Of a stretch of 64,000 bases of DNA, positions 18,984 to 26,807 are shown one piece after another; position 1 is the stretch's first letter; every line of letters begins with the position of its first letter. The notes beneath the pieces are model-generated. The model was given only the letters and a program-made list of their open reading frames with translations. It was not told the DNA's origin and did no database searches. The DNA is from Sulfurospirillaceae bacterium (GTDB lineage: Bacteria > Campylobacterota > Campylobacteria > Campylobacterales > Sulfurospirillaceae): assembly GCA_033723415.1 (NCBI GenBank), contig JAWVXD010000004.1, positions 96,001 to 160,000 on the forward strand. Direction: 5' to 3'. The translations under genes were made by a program, and so were the position numbers.

Positions 18984-20017
18984 ATTAGTACTAACGGTCG
19001 CTCTTTTTTTTCACAAATTTCAGCGATAATCGCACTGTATTCAAATCCTTCATCTTTTAATCTTTGCAAAAGTGCTCTTGCATCATTTTGAGATACGGCG
19101 ATCAAAAGACCTCCTGATGTTTGCGCGTCATAGAAAAAGATCTCATCTTTATATTCTGTTTTTACTTTTACCTTGTCTTTGACGTGGGTCATATTGTTAT
19201 AAGTACCTGCCGGTACGATCCCCATATCCGCTAAATCATATGCTTCTTTCAATATAGGTATCGCTTTAAAATCAAACTCTATACTGACCTTGTCGGCACT
19301 CATCTCATAAGCATGTCCGGCTAAACCAAAACCAGTCACGTCCGTGCAAGCACTGACATCATAATCTTTCATGATCAAAGATGGTTTATAGTTTAGTTGT
19401 GACAATATTTTTGCTACCTTTACAACACTAGAGGCCTCAAGCATATCTGCTTTTATCGCTGTCGTCAAAACTCCCATACCTATAGGCTTTGTTAAGATCA
19501 AAACATCACCGATGCGTGGAGTATTATTTCTGTATATCTGTTTTGGATCTACAAATCCGCTAACACTTAATCCATACAACATCTCAGGAGTTTCTATAGT
19601 GTGTCCACCGACTATGACTCCTCCGCACTCTTTTACTTTGCTTTGTCCGCCCTCTAATATTTCTCGCAATACACTTTTTGGATGATTACATCCATCAAAT
19701 CCTACTATATTCATAGCAGTCGCTACGCGTGCTCCCATAGCAAAAACATCACTAAGTGAGTTTGCAGCAGCAATTTGCCCATACACAAAAGGGTCGTCTA
19801 CTACTGGCGTGATTATATCTACTGTTTGAACCAATGCTTTATTGTCATCGATTTTATAAACAGCTGCATCGTCACTGCTATCCATACCTACAAGAACATT
19901 ATCATTTTCACAGTTTAATCCACCAAGCGCTAATGTAAGCTCACCCGGAGCTAGTTTGGCGGCTCAACCTGCGGCTTTAACAAACTTTGTTAATCTTGCA
20001 TCATTGTTTAATTCCAA
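18980..20017 (-). CDS. selD: Selenide, water dikinase (selenophosphate synthetase), selenocysteine-containing, 345 aa
   Basis: TTG start at 20017 behind SD AAGGAA; reads MELNNDARLTKFVKAAG-U(TGA 19964-19966)-AAKLAPGEL...VGMDSSDDAAV, in frame with ORF 18980-19885 (AAANSLSDVFAMG, GGHTI, TDVTGFGLAGH, DAQTSGGLL). Confidence 0.95.
19938..19966 (-). promoter_or_regulatory. Bacterial SECIS-like hairpin of selD
   Basis: UGA-GCCGCCAAACU(11 nt)-AGCUC-CGGGU-GAGCU: 5-bp stem with a G-rich loop at the canonical distance. Confidence 0.7.
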
Positions 20018-20026
20018 ATTTTTTCC

Positions 20027-20617
20027 TTAAAGGGTTATCGTTCCCTCTGAATTGAGTAACATCTCTACCGTACCGTACGCATTACCGATTTTTCCTACTT
20101 TTAACTTATCAACAACATCAAAATACTCTAAACAAACCCCGCATGAATAAATCTCAACACCTTTATCTTCTAAGGCTCTCAACGTCTGTATAACTTCTGT
20201 TTTAGAACAAGCAGTCGTGAGTTTTACGGCCTCATTTACGCATATTATTTTATTTGGCAATTTTGGCAATTCCAATATGGATTTTAAAAATCCCACTATC
20301 AGTTTTTCACCTAGTTCTCCAGTACCGATTTTGTCTGATTTTAGAAAAACGCTCTTATCTAAAAATTTTTGCGAGTTTTCATTTTCTACGACTTTACAAG
20401 CATAACCTTTAACGATAGTTATGATAGTACTTCCATCGCTTTGATCTTCCATCTTAGGATCGTAACCTGCATTTTTTACGAATCTTGTCACATTCTCTTT
20501 AGAAGAAACCGAATTTACTTTAACTTCCAAAATAGAATCGGTAGCCAACTCTTCCAAGGCTTTTTTAGTTTTGAGAACCGGTTCCGGACAAGCCAGATTA
20601 CAGCAATCTATCTTCAT
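20027..20617 (-). CDS. yedF: Selenium metabolism protein YedF (TusA-like plus DsrE-like domains)
   Basis: MKIDCCNLACPEPVLKTKKAL; GELGEKLIVGFL; YSCGVCLEYF, VGKIGNAY; SD GGGAGA before ATG 20617; immediately upstream of selD. Confidence 0.88.
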   Translation of the reverse strand: MKIDCCNLACPEPVLKTKKALEELATDSILEVKVNSVSSKENVTRFVKNAGYDPKMEDQSDGSTIITIVKGYACKVVENENSQKFLDKSVFLKSDKIGTGELGEKLIVGFLKSILELPKLPNKIICVNEAVKLTTACSKTEVIQTLRALEDKGVEIYSCGVCLEYFDVVDKLKVGKIGNAYGTVEMLLNSEGTITL

Positions 20618-20695
20618 TCTAATATCTCCCTTTTCCTGCACTTGTTCAGAAAAATTTCTTTCATGAAAGCTTACGCTTTGAGCAGAATATTTCAT
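20618..20695 (-). repeat. Structured mini-ORF/RBS cassette, copy A (in frame with yedF)
   Basis: Encodes MKYSAQSVSFHERNFSEQVQEKGDIR; first 44 nt are 36/44 identical to 49466-49509; two hairpins followed by an SD. Confidence 0.75.
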
Positions 20696-20798
20696 CCTGG
20701 CAGTCTTTAAATTTTTATTTTTATTTTTCAAATGACAGATAAATTTTGTTAGTCAAAATATTGTCTACCTAAACCTTAGGTCTGTTTTTTTGTATGAT

Positions 20799-20981
20799 TT
20801 ATTTTAAAATACCGTCTACCCATTTTTTAGCATCTTCTATCGTTTCAAATCTTTTACTTTTGGCAACTTGAGTTACTCCTTCGTAAAATCTAACTCTGAT
20901 GCCGTCTTGAACTTCGTCTATCTTGATTCTACTAATCCTGTCTTTATTTAGATAAACTCTGTCGTTTAATTTTATAAACAT
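20799..20981 (-). CDS. Small conserved hypothetical protein (60 aa)
   Basis: MFIKLNDRVYLNKDRISRIKIDEVQDGIRVRFYEG; SD AAGGAA; candidate -10 TATAAT at 21084-21089. Confidence 0.75.
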   Translation of the reverse strand: MFIKLNDRVYLNKDRISRIKIDEVQDGIRVRFYEGVTQVAKSKRFETIEDAKKWVDGILK

Positions 20982-21145
20982 GATATTTTCCTTTTTAGTT
21001 TATTTTATATCTTCAACACACTAAGTACTATTTAGTGTCTCACAAAATAATTATTGTTTTGTAAGAAACCTGTGCTGCAACGTATTATACAGCACAAAAC
21101 ACCTATAAAAAACAATAAACTTTATTTTATCATGTTTCACGTAAC

Positions 21146-21178
21146 ATTATATTTATATTGGCTTAATATAAATATAAT
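21146..21178 (-). terminator. AT-only 14-bp hairpin downstream of the TetR gene
   Basis: ATTATATTTATATT-ggctt-AATATAAATATAAT. Confidence 0.45.
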
Positions 21179-21183
21179 AGTAG

Positions 21184-21765
21184 CTACCTCAATGCATTAT
21201 ATATGGTTTCAGAGACTTCATCACAATAAACATCAAGCTCTTCATCAAAAACATGCTCTCCGCTTAAAAATGTCATGCCGCCTAATATTCCGGCTATACT
21301 AGAGAATGCAACAAAAAAGTTTTTTTCTTTGAACTCTCCGCTTTCAACTCCGTCTTGTACATATCTTTGGATTTCATTGATAAAATCTTTTGCTAGAGCA
21401 AACCCGCAATCTTCATCTTCACAAAAAAGCTCCCTGTTTGAAAGATAAACTCTAAAAAAATACTCTATCATCTCAGGATATTGTTGTATAAAACCAAAAT
21501 ATTCTGTGACAAAAAGGTAAATTTTTTCTTTCTGAGAAATTTCTTTGTTATTAATGTAACTAAGACTTGCTGCAAGTTTTTTTGTAACAAATGTTATAGC
21601 AGCTCTTGCCAAGTTTTTTTTCGAAGGAAAATAGTTATAAAAGTTACCTACACTCATACCTATATCTTGTGCGATGTTAGCTATTGTCGTGTTGTAGAAG
21701 CCATTCTTGGAGAAAACTTTAAGTGCAGACGCAATGATCAAATTTTGTTTTTTCTTTTTGTTCAT
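21184..21765 (-). CDS. TetR/AcrR-family transcriptional regulator
   Basis: IIASALKVFSKNGFYNTTIANIAQDIGMSVGNFYNYFPSKKNL helix-turn-helix. Confidence 0.93.
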   Translation of the reverse strand: MNKKKKQNLIIASALKVFSKNGFYNTTIANIAQDIGMSVGNFYNYFPSKKNLARAAITFVTKKLAASLSYINNKEISQKEKIYLFVTEYFGFIQQYPEMIEYFFRVYLSNRELFCEDEDCGFALAKDFINEIQRYVQDGVESGEFKEKNFFVAFSSIAGILGGMTFLSGEHVFDEELDVYCDEVSETIYNALR

Positions 21766-21818
21766 TTAAAATTCCTTATCTTGCCCAATTGATTTTATCA
21801 TTTTAACAAACGATTGAT

Positions 21819-21841
21819 AACAGTCTGTGAACGACTGTTCA
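21819..21841. promoter_or_regulatory. Candidate TetR operator between the divergent tetR and rhodanese genes
   Basis: Overlapping inverted repeats AACAGTC-N7-GACTGTT (21819-21839) and TGAAC-gact-GTTCA (21828-21841). Confidence 0.5.
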
Positions 21842-21906
21842 TATTTATTAATTAACTATTATAACTATAATTGGTAAAATTTTTTTTATTTTAAAAGGAG
21901 TACGTT

Positions 21907-22404
21907 ATGAAAAAACTGTTTACGATCTTAGCGATGTTGGTCATCACAAGTTTGACTCTAAACGCTGCTGTATCAAAAGAAGAAAAAGCATTAAAGACAC
22001 AAATGATGTCTGCTTGGAAAGCTGAAGTTGCTTCTGCTCACAAGATTACAAAAGGGATAAGTGATCAGGAATTATTAAAATGGATGAAGGAAGACAAAAA
22101 CTTTATCTTGGTAGATGTAAGAGAGCCTAAAGAAGTTGCTGCCGGCGTGATATTGTGGATGGATTGGAAAGCAATACCAAGAGGTATGGTAGCTCCTGCA
22201 ATAGGTAAAAAAGTAGCTTTAAAACCCACTCAAACAGTAGTTTTTTATTGTAAGCTTGGAGCAAGAAGTGCCCTAGCGGCACAAGAGGTTCAACAATTTT
22301 ACGGATTCAAAGATGTTTACTACCTCAAAGGCGGTATCATGGGCTGGATCAAAAATGGTCATGAGATCAGCAATATGATGGGTGAATTTAAAAAGTCTAA
22401 ATGA
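21907..22404 (+). CDS. Periplasmic single-domain rhodanese/sulfurtransferase (Sud-like)
   Basis: Signal peptide (LTLNA); ILVDVREPKE, IPRG, active-site loop YCKLGARS, LKGGIMGW; SD AAGGAG. Confidence 0.85.
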   Translation: MKKLFTILAMLVITSLTLNAAVSKEEKALKTQMMSAWKAEVASAHKITKGISDQELLKWMKEDKNFILVDVREPKEVAAGVILWMDWKAIPRGMVAPAIGKKVALKPTQTVVFYCKLGARSALAAQEVQQFYGFKDVYYLKGGIMGWIKNGHEISNMMGEFKKSK

Positions 22405-22431
22405 TCAAGTAAGCCGATAAGGCTTACTTGA
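22405..22431. terminator. Hairpin between the convergent rhodanese and wtpB genes
   Basis: TCAAGTAAGCC-gataa-GGCTTACTTGA, 11-bp stem. Confidence 0.7.
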
Positions 22432-23197
22432 ATTTATTGTTTACCGTCCTGATAGCCAAAAACAAACATATAGAAACCAATATCATAGCTGCTGCCACAG
22501 GTGCTGAATATTTTAATCCATAACTGTTAAATCTATCAAATATCAAAACCGGAGCAACCATAGGATGATACGCTATGATAACTACTGCCCCAAATTCTCC
22601 AAGCCCTCTACTCCACATCATAAGCGCGCCGTTTATAATATCGTTTCTAGAATTCGGCAATACGATTCTAAAAAAAGTACTAAATTTACTTGCACCTAGA
22701 GTTCTTGCAACATTTTCATATTCTACATCAACTTTTTTGAATCCTTCTTTTGCACTGTTTATAAGAAAAGGCGCGGATAGGAACATCATAGCAGCTGCAA
22801 TTCCGGTTGTCGTATCTATAAATCCAATCCCGAAAAAAGATAGTATTTTACCTACATAGCCATTGTCAAATGCGATCAAAAGTGCAATTCCCGCTGCCGT
22901 ATGCGGAACCATAACAGGTATATCTATGATGGATTCCAAGATAGATTTTCCAAAAAATTCATACCTTGCTATCAAATAAGCAAGAGGAATTCCTGTCAGA
23001 CAAACGAAAAGAACCGCATACAAAGCAGTCTTTAGAGTCAAAAATATTGAAGAGTATACTTCAGCATCTTTTAGTGAATCAACAACTCCAAAAAGCCCTA
23101 CACTCATAAATAATTTAATAAGAGGAATCGTCAAAAACAAAATGATGACAGAAGACAAAAATAGAAACACAAGAATAAATCCTTTATCTTTTATCAT
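22424..23197 (-). CDS. wtpB: Tungstate/molybdate ABC permease (WtpB/ModB)
   Basis: IIDIPVMVPHTAAGIAL, YENVARTLGAS, WSRGLGEFGAV..AYHP. Confidence 0.8.
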   Translation of the reverse strand: MIKDKGFILVFLFLSSVIILFLTIPLIKLFMSVGLFGVVDSLKDAEVYSSIFLTLKTALYAVLFVCLTGIPLAYLIARYEFFGKSILESIIDIPVMVPHTAAGIALLIAFDNGYVGKILSFFGIGFIDTTTGIAAAMMFLSAPFLINSAKEGFKKVDVEYENVARTLGASKFSTFFRIVLPNSRNDIINGALMMWSRGLGEFGAVVIIAYHPMVAPVLIFDRFNSYGLKYSAPVAAAMILVSICLFLAIRTVNNKFK

Positions 23198-24171
23198 ATG
23201 AATGCAATGTCCTTTTTATTGATATTTATAAAATAGTGTTGACCTTCTCTTAGATTTAGATTTCCAAAGATACTTTTATGAATCTTTGCAAAAAAATGCA
23301 AATCTTTAGAATTAGCAAATACTTTATAATGGTCGCTTATACCCATAATAGTATCTATAGTACAAGCAAAATTATAGTTTCCCTCCACAACTTCATTTGA
23401 AAAGCTAATTCGATTCGGATCGATCGAAAAAAATCTGTTTTGCTGATCAAAACCCAAATGAGAAGTAGAAAATATATTTTTAAAACCTAAGAATCTGGCT
23501 ACTTCTATACTGGTCGGTTGATTTAAGACTTCATCGGCTCTTCCTATCTGTAGAATCTTTCCATCTAGTATGATAGCTATATTGTCAGCCAAATATGACG
23601 CTTCTCTAAAGTTATGTGTTACGTGAATTATAGTGATATCATACCTAGTAACTATATCTTTAAGAGACTTCATAATCGAGTTTCTAAAAGTAGGATCAAC
23701 TGCACTTAACGGCTCATCCAACAGCAGAAGTTTAGGTCTAGAGAATATAGCTCTAGCTATAGCGACTCTTTGTTTTTCGCCGCCGCTAAGATACATAATA
23801 TTTCTATCTAAGATATTTTTTATACCTAAAAAATCTATCAAATCGGAAAACAACTCTTTTTGATTTTCTATTTTTTTATATTTAGATGAAAATGTTATAT
23901 TTTCTCGAACGCTCATATTTGGGAAAAGTTTAAAATCTTGATATACAAAACCGAAATTTCTTTTCTCAGGAGGCATATTTGTAATATCTTTGCCATCACA
24001 ATACATACTTCCTTCTATCTTCTTTAGTCCGGCAATTGCTTCTAAAAGCATTGTCTTCCCACTTCCCGTTTTTCCCAAAATAACAAAATAAGAGTTTTTT
24101 TCTACTTCAAAAGAGAGCTTTTGTAAAACAAAGCTCCCCTGTTTTAGAAAAAGATTTTCTATTTTTAACAT
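23194..24171 (-). CDS. wtpC: Tungstate/molybdate ABC ATPase (WtpC)
   Basis: GKTGSGKT, LSGGEKQRVA, LLLDEPLSAVD; lies in the operon with wtpA. Confidence 0.8.
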   Translation of the reverse strand: MLKIENLFLKQGSFVLQKLSFEVEKNSYFVILGKTGSGKTMLLEAIAGLKKIEGSMYCDGKDITNMPPEKRNFGFVYQDFKLFPNMSVRENITFSSKYKKIENQKELFSDLIDFLGIKNILDRNIMYLSGGEKQRVAIARAIFSRPKLLLLDEPLSAVDPTFRNSIMKSLKDIVTRYDITIIHVTHNFREASYLADNIAIILDGKILQIGRADEVLNQPTSIEVARFLGFKNIFSTSHLGFDQQNRFFSIDPNRISFSNEVVEGNYNFACTIDTIMGISDHYKVFANSKDLHFFAKIHKSIFGNLNLREGQHYFININKKDIAFI

Positions 24172-25118
24172 TATCTGCCTAATATACTAGCATCACCTGT
24201 AATAACCGGTGGATTTATAACGCCTTGTCCATTTTCTTTCATTATAGCTTGTCCCTCTGGAGATAGAACAAAATTAACGAATTTAACTGCTCCGTCTTTG
24301 TTGATAGGAGATTTTGCATTTTGAACAACTGTAATACCATATACCATAGGCGCACCTTTTTTCACGACCCAAGTCCCCGGTTTCTTGCCGCTTATTTTAA
24401 ATGAAGCCTCTTTGTAGAGCTTAGCATATTTTGCACTTTTTAGAGAAATCTGCTCAGGCAAAGTTATATATTTTAGATGATGTTGTTCTGCAACTGATTT
24501 ATAAATATATAAATAATCATAAGCTCCGGCTTCTAAAAGTCCCAAGAGATCAGTCTCTTTTGGTCTGACAATAACTTTACTTTTATTTTCTTCTCCGCTT
24601 GTGTAACTATCGCCGTAACCAAACAGTTTGTTGAAGAATCCTGGTTCTTTATAATATTTCTCAGCCAATTTTGTAACCAACATAGTTCGATATCCGCATG
24701 GATCTAAATTTGGATTTGAATGACCGACTTTAACGCCTGGTTTCAAAAATATTTTTGTCCAATTTTTTTCGTTTATCTCATTTGCGAACTTTGATTTACT
24801 TGTGTAGGCTAAAACCATTTCATTTGTTGCAAAATGCGCATCAAACTTAGCATTTTTTGGGATCAACAAATTATCAATGACCTTATAATCAGCACTTGCC
24901 ATAATATCTGCAGGCTTACCTATATCTGTTATCTTTCTAGCACAGGCTCTGCTTCCTGCAGGTTCTCTTAAAACCTTATACTGTGGATATTTTGCTTCAA
25001 ATGCTTTTGACATCTGCTTAAACGGTACCGATAAACTTCCTGCATGAAAGATTATTATGTTTTCTTTTGCAAAACCAAGTGTTGCTACGAGTCCTAAAGC
25101 TAAAATCAATTTTTTCAT
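24171..25118 (-). CDS. wtpA: Tungstate/molybdate-binding protein, WtpA type
   Basis: FHAGSLSVPF, AGSRACARK, ASADY, NPNLDPCGYR, RPKETDLLGLLEAGAYDY..IYKSVAEQH: archaeal ModA/WtpA signature. Confidence 0.85.
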   Translation of the reverse strand: MKKLILALGLVATLGFAKENIIIFHAGSLSVPFKQMSKAFEAKYPQYKVLREPAGSRACARKITDIGKPADIMASADYKVIDNLLIPKNAKFDAHFATNEMVLAYTSKSKFANEINEKNWTKIFLKPGVKVGHSNPNLDPCGYRTMLVTKLAEKYYKEPGFFNKLFGYGDSYTSGEENKSKVIVRPKETDLLGLLEAGAYDYLYIYKSVAEQHHLKYITLPEQISLKSAKYAKLYKEASFKISGKKPGTWVVKKGAPMVYGITVVQNAKSPINKDGAVKFVNFVLSPEGQAIMKENGQGVINPPVITGDASILGR

Positions 25119-25127
25119 AAAATGTCC

Positions 25128-25150
25128 TTAATATGTAATTTTTGCATATT
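25128..25150. promoter_or_regulatory. Candidate ModE-like operator, copy 1 (overlaps the wtpA SD)
   Basis: TTAATATGTAATTTTTGCATATT (AATATG-N9-CATATT); candidate -10 TAAGAT on the minus strand at 25166-25171. Confidence 0.6.
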
Positions 25151-25175
25151 GCTATGCCAAAAAAAATCTTACAAA

Positions 25176-25916
25176 TCAGTTTTTAAATTCTCTTTTATTT
25201 CGAGGTTTTAAAAACAATTCTTTGAAACGTTCATTCGCAAATTCTTCTATTTCGCGCTCTAATTGTTTATAATTATTTATATAATCATCTGCTAAGGGTG
25301 TCAATTTACTACCGCTGTTCTCACCTCCTCCTTGTTGGGATTCTACTAGTACGTCATCAAGATTTTTTTGAAGTATCTTGACGTGTGTCCAGGTTTTTTT
25401 ATAGCTCATATTTAACTTTTCGGCCGCTCCTGCGATAGAGCCTTCTTGTTCTATCAACTCTAAAACTTCCGTTTTACCTTTGCCAAATAGTAGCTCACCT
25501 TCTTGATTTTCTATCCATGTCTTTGTTTTTACATAAAGTCTGCTTCGTCTTTTTTCTTTAAAACAACCAAGCTCACAGTAAGTAACATCGATCTTCTTTT
25601 CTCTTAAAGTACCTCGTATCTTTTTCAATCCTATGCCACCAGCCATAGCTCTTGCATCTTTGCACTTTATCCGCTTTCTATCATCTATGAAAGGGGTCAT
25701 CTTATCCAATGCTTCTTGGCTGAAATCACCTGTATTTCTGAGATTTCCAAATTGTCCTAGTTCACAACCTGTGATCCTTATACCAAGCTCTTTGGCTTTA
25801 TTGCCGACATCTAAAATAGGAGTTTTTGTTTTTGCCGAGATCTTAAAAGCATCTTTACAATCAAGTTTCCCATCATCATTTAGATTTTCTTTTATTTGTG
25901 TTTCTAATTCAGACAT
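25176..25916 (-). CDS. modE: ModE-like regulator (Campylobacter Cj1507c type): two Cys-containing N-terminal repeats plus ModE HTH, no mop/TOBE domain
   Basis: LDCKDAF..GCELGQF and IKCKDAR..YCELGCF repeats; WIE...LLFGKGKTEVLELIEQEGSIAGAAEKLNMSYKKTW. Confidence 0.8.
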   Translation of the reverse strand: MSELETQIKENLNDDGKLDCKDAFKISAKTKTPILDVGNKAKELGIRITGCELGQFGNLRNTGDFSQEALDKMTPFIDDRKRIKCKDARAMAGGIGLKKIRGTLREKKIDVTYCELGCFKEKRRSRLYVKTKTWIENQEGELLFGKGKTEVLELIEQEGSIAGAAEKLNMSYKKTWTHVKILQKNLDDVLVESQQGGGENSGSKLTPLADDYINNYKQLEREIEEFANERFKELFLKPRNKREFKN

Positions 25917-26700
25917 AGATTCTCTCCGGATTACGATATATGTTCATGCTCTCTCCTCTAACAAAACCTATAAGAGTGAGACCGAACTTATCTGCTATAT
26001 TGACACCTCTGCAGGTAGATGCCGTTCTTGAAGCAAGTATTGGGATCTGATGCATCACGGCTTTGGCGACCATTTCAGAGCTCAATCTTCCACTCACCAT
26101 CAAAAAGGACTTTGTAACGTCATGTCCTGCCAAAAGTGCCTTACCTACGGCTTTATCTATAGTATTGTGCTGAGCTATATCTTCACCGATAAAGTAAGTT
26201 TCATCATCAATATAGATTTTTGCAGTATGCACACAGCCTGTCTGCTCATAAAGAGGACATTGGGTATAAAACTCTCCCATCTCCTTAAAAAGCAATTTTG
26301 CTTCTATATTAAAGTCGCTTTTGATCACTTTTGCCTCTATAGCTTTTAGTGAGATTTGCGTACTTTCTCCTCTACCGCAACCACTGACTATAACACTTTC
26401 CGTATTTAATTTTTCTATATTTTTTTCATTTGTGCGGGCAATTATGTGGGCTTCGTAAATTTTAGAATCAATATCTAAAATCTCCAAAGTATCAATATCT
26501 GAGACTTTTTCTATAATGTTTTCACTAATCAAATATCCAACTGTCAACTCTTGTAGATCTGTGGGAGTAGCCATCAAAGCAACAACTCTTTTATCATTTA
26601 TATAAATCTCTAGCTTAACTTCGCGGATAACTGTATCATCAGTTACAAATTTTTTGTTACCTTTTATTTTGGTAACTTGAGTTGTAAAAATCGGTTCCAT
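25909..26700 (-). CDS. fdhD: Formate dehydrogenase accessory sulfurtransferase
   Basis: LMATP, VGYLISE, SGCG, QTGCVHTA, EDIAQHNTIDKAVG, SGRLSSEMVAK, LTLIGFVRG. Confidence 0.93.
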   Translation of the reverse strand: MEPIFTTQVTKIKGNKKFVTDDTVIREVKLEIYINDKRVVALMATPTDLQELTVGYLISENIIEKVSDIDTLEILDIDSKIYEAHIIARTNEKNIEKLNTESVIVSGCGRGESTQISLKAIEAKVIKSDFNIEAKLLFKEMGEFYTQCPLYEQTGCVHTAKIYIDDETYFIGEDIAQHNTIDKAVGKALLAGHDVTKSFLMVSGRLSSEMVAKAVMHQIPILASRTASTCRGVNIADKFGLTLIGFVRGESMNIYRNPERIYV

Positions 26701-26722
26701 ATCGTTTTCTCTTTTTTTATTA

Positions 26723-26745
26723 TTAATATTCTATTTTTGCATATC
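26723..26745. promoter_or_regulatory. Candidate ModE-like operator, copy 2 (upstream of fdhD-modE)
   Basis: TTAATATTCTATTTTTGCATATC, 19/23 identical to 25128-25150. Confidence 0.45.
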
Positions 26746-26754
26746 TATAATCAT

Positions 26755-26792
26755 AAAAAAAATTGCCAATACCTTAACCCGGTATTGGCAAT
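26755..26792 (-). terminator. Rho-independent terminator of the fdhABC operon
   Basis: ATTGCCAATACC-N7-GGTATTGGCAAT, followed on the minus strand by a U-run. Confidence 0.85.
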
Positions 26793-26807
26793 ATATCAAA
26801 AAAAAGA

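Noticed and set aside
18980..19885. selD as an N-terminally truncated 301-aa ORF
   Set aside because: The frame extends 44 codons upstream through G-U-A-A-K to a TTG start with an SD.
20696..20731. ORF-track N-terminal extensions of yedF, marR (53377-53571), emrA (53420-53476), DEAD helicase (57515-57565), selA (37901-37939) and the OmpR regulator (44919-44954)
   Set aside because: Downstream starts have clear SD sequences and match family N-termini; the extensions run through AT-rich promoter DNA or neighbouring genes.
21133..21146. parS-like sequence TGTTTCACGTAACA
   Set aside because: Only the first 10 nt match the 16-bp TGTTTCACGTGAAACA consensus; the spacing is broken and there is a single copy.
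25143..25160. Sigma-54 promoter (TTGGCA...TGC) upstream of wtpA on the minus strand
   Set aside because: The GG to GC spacing is 11 nt instead of the obligatory 10.
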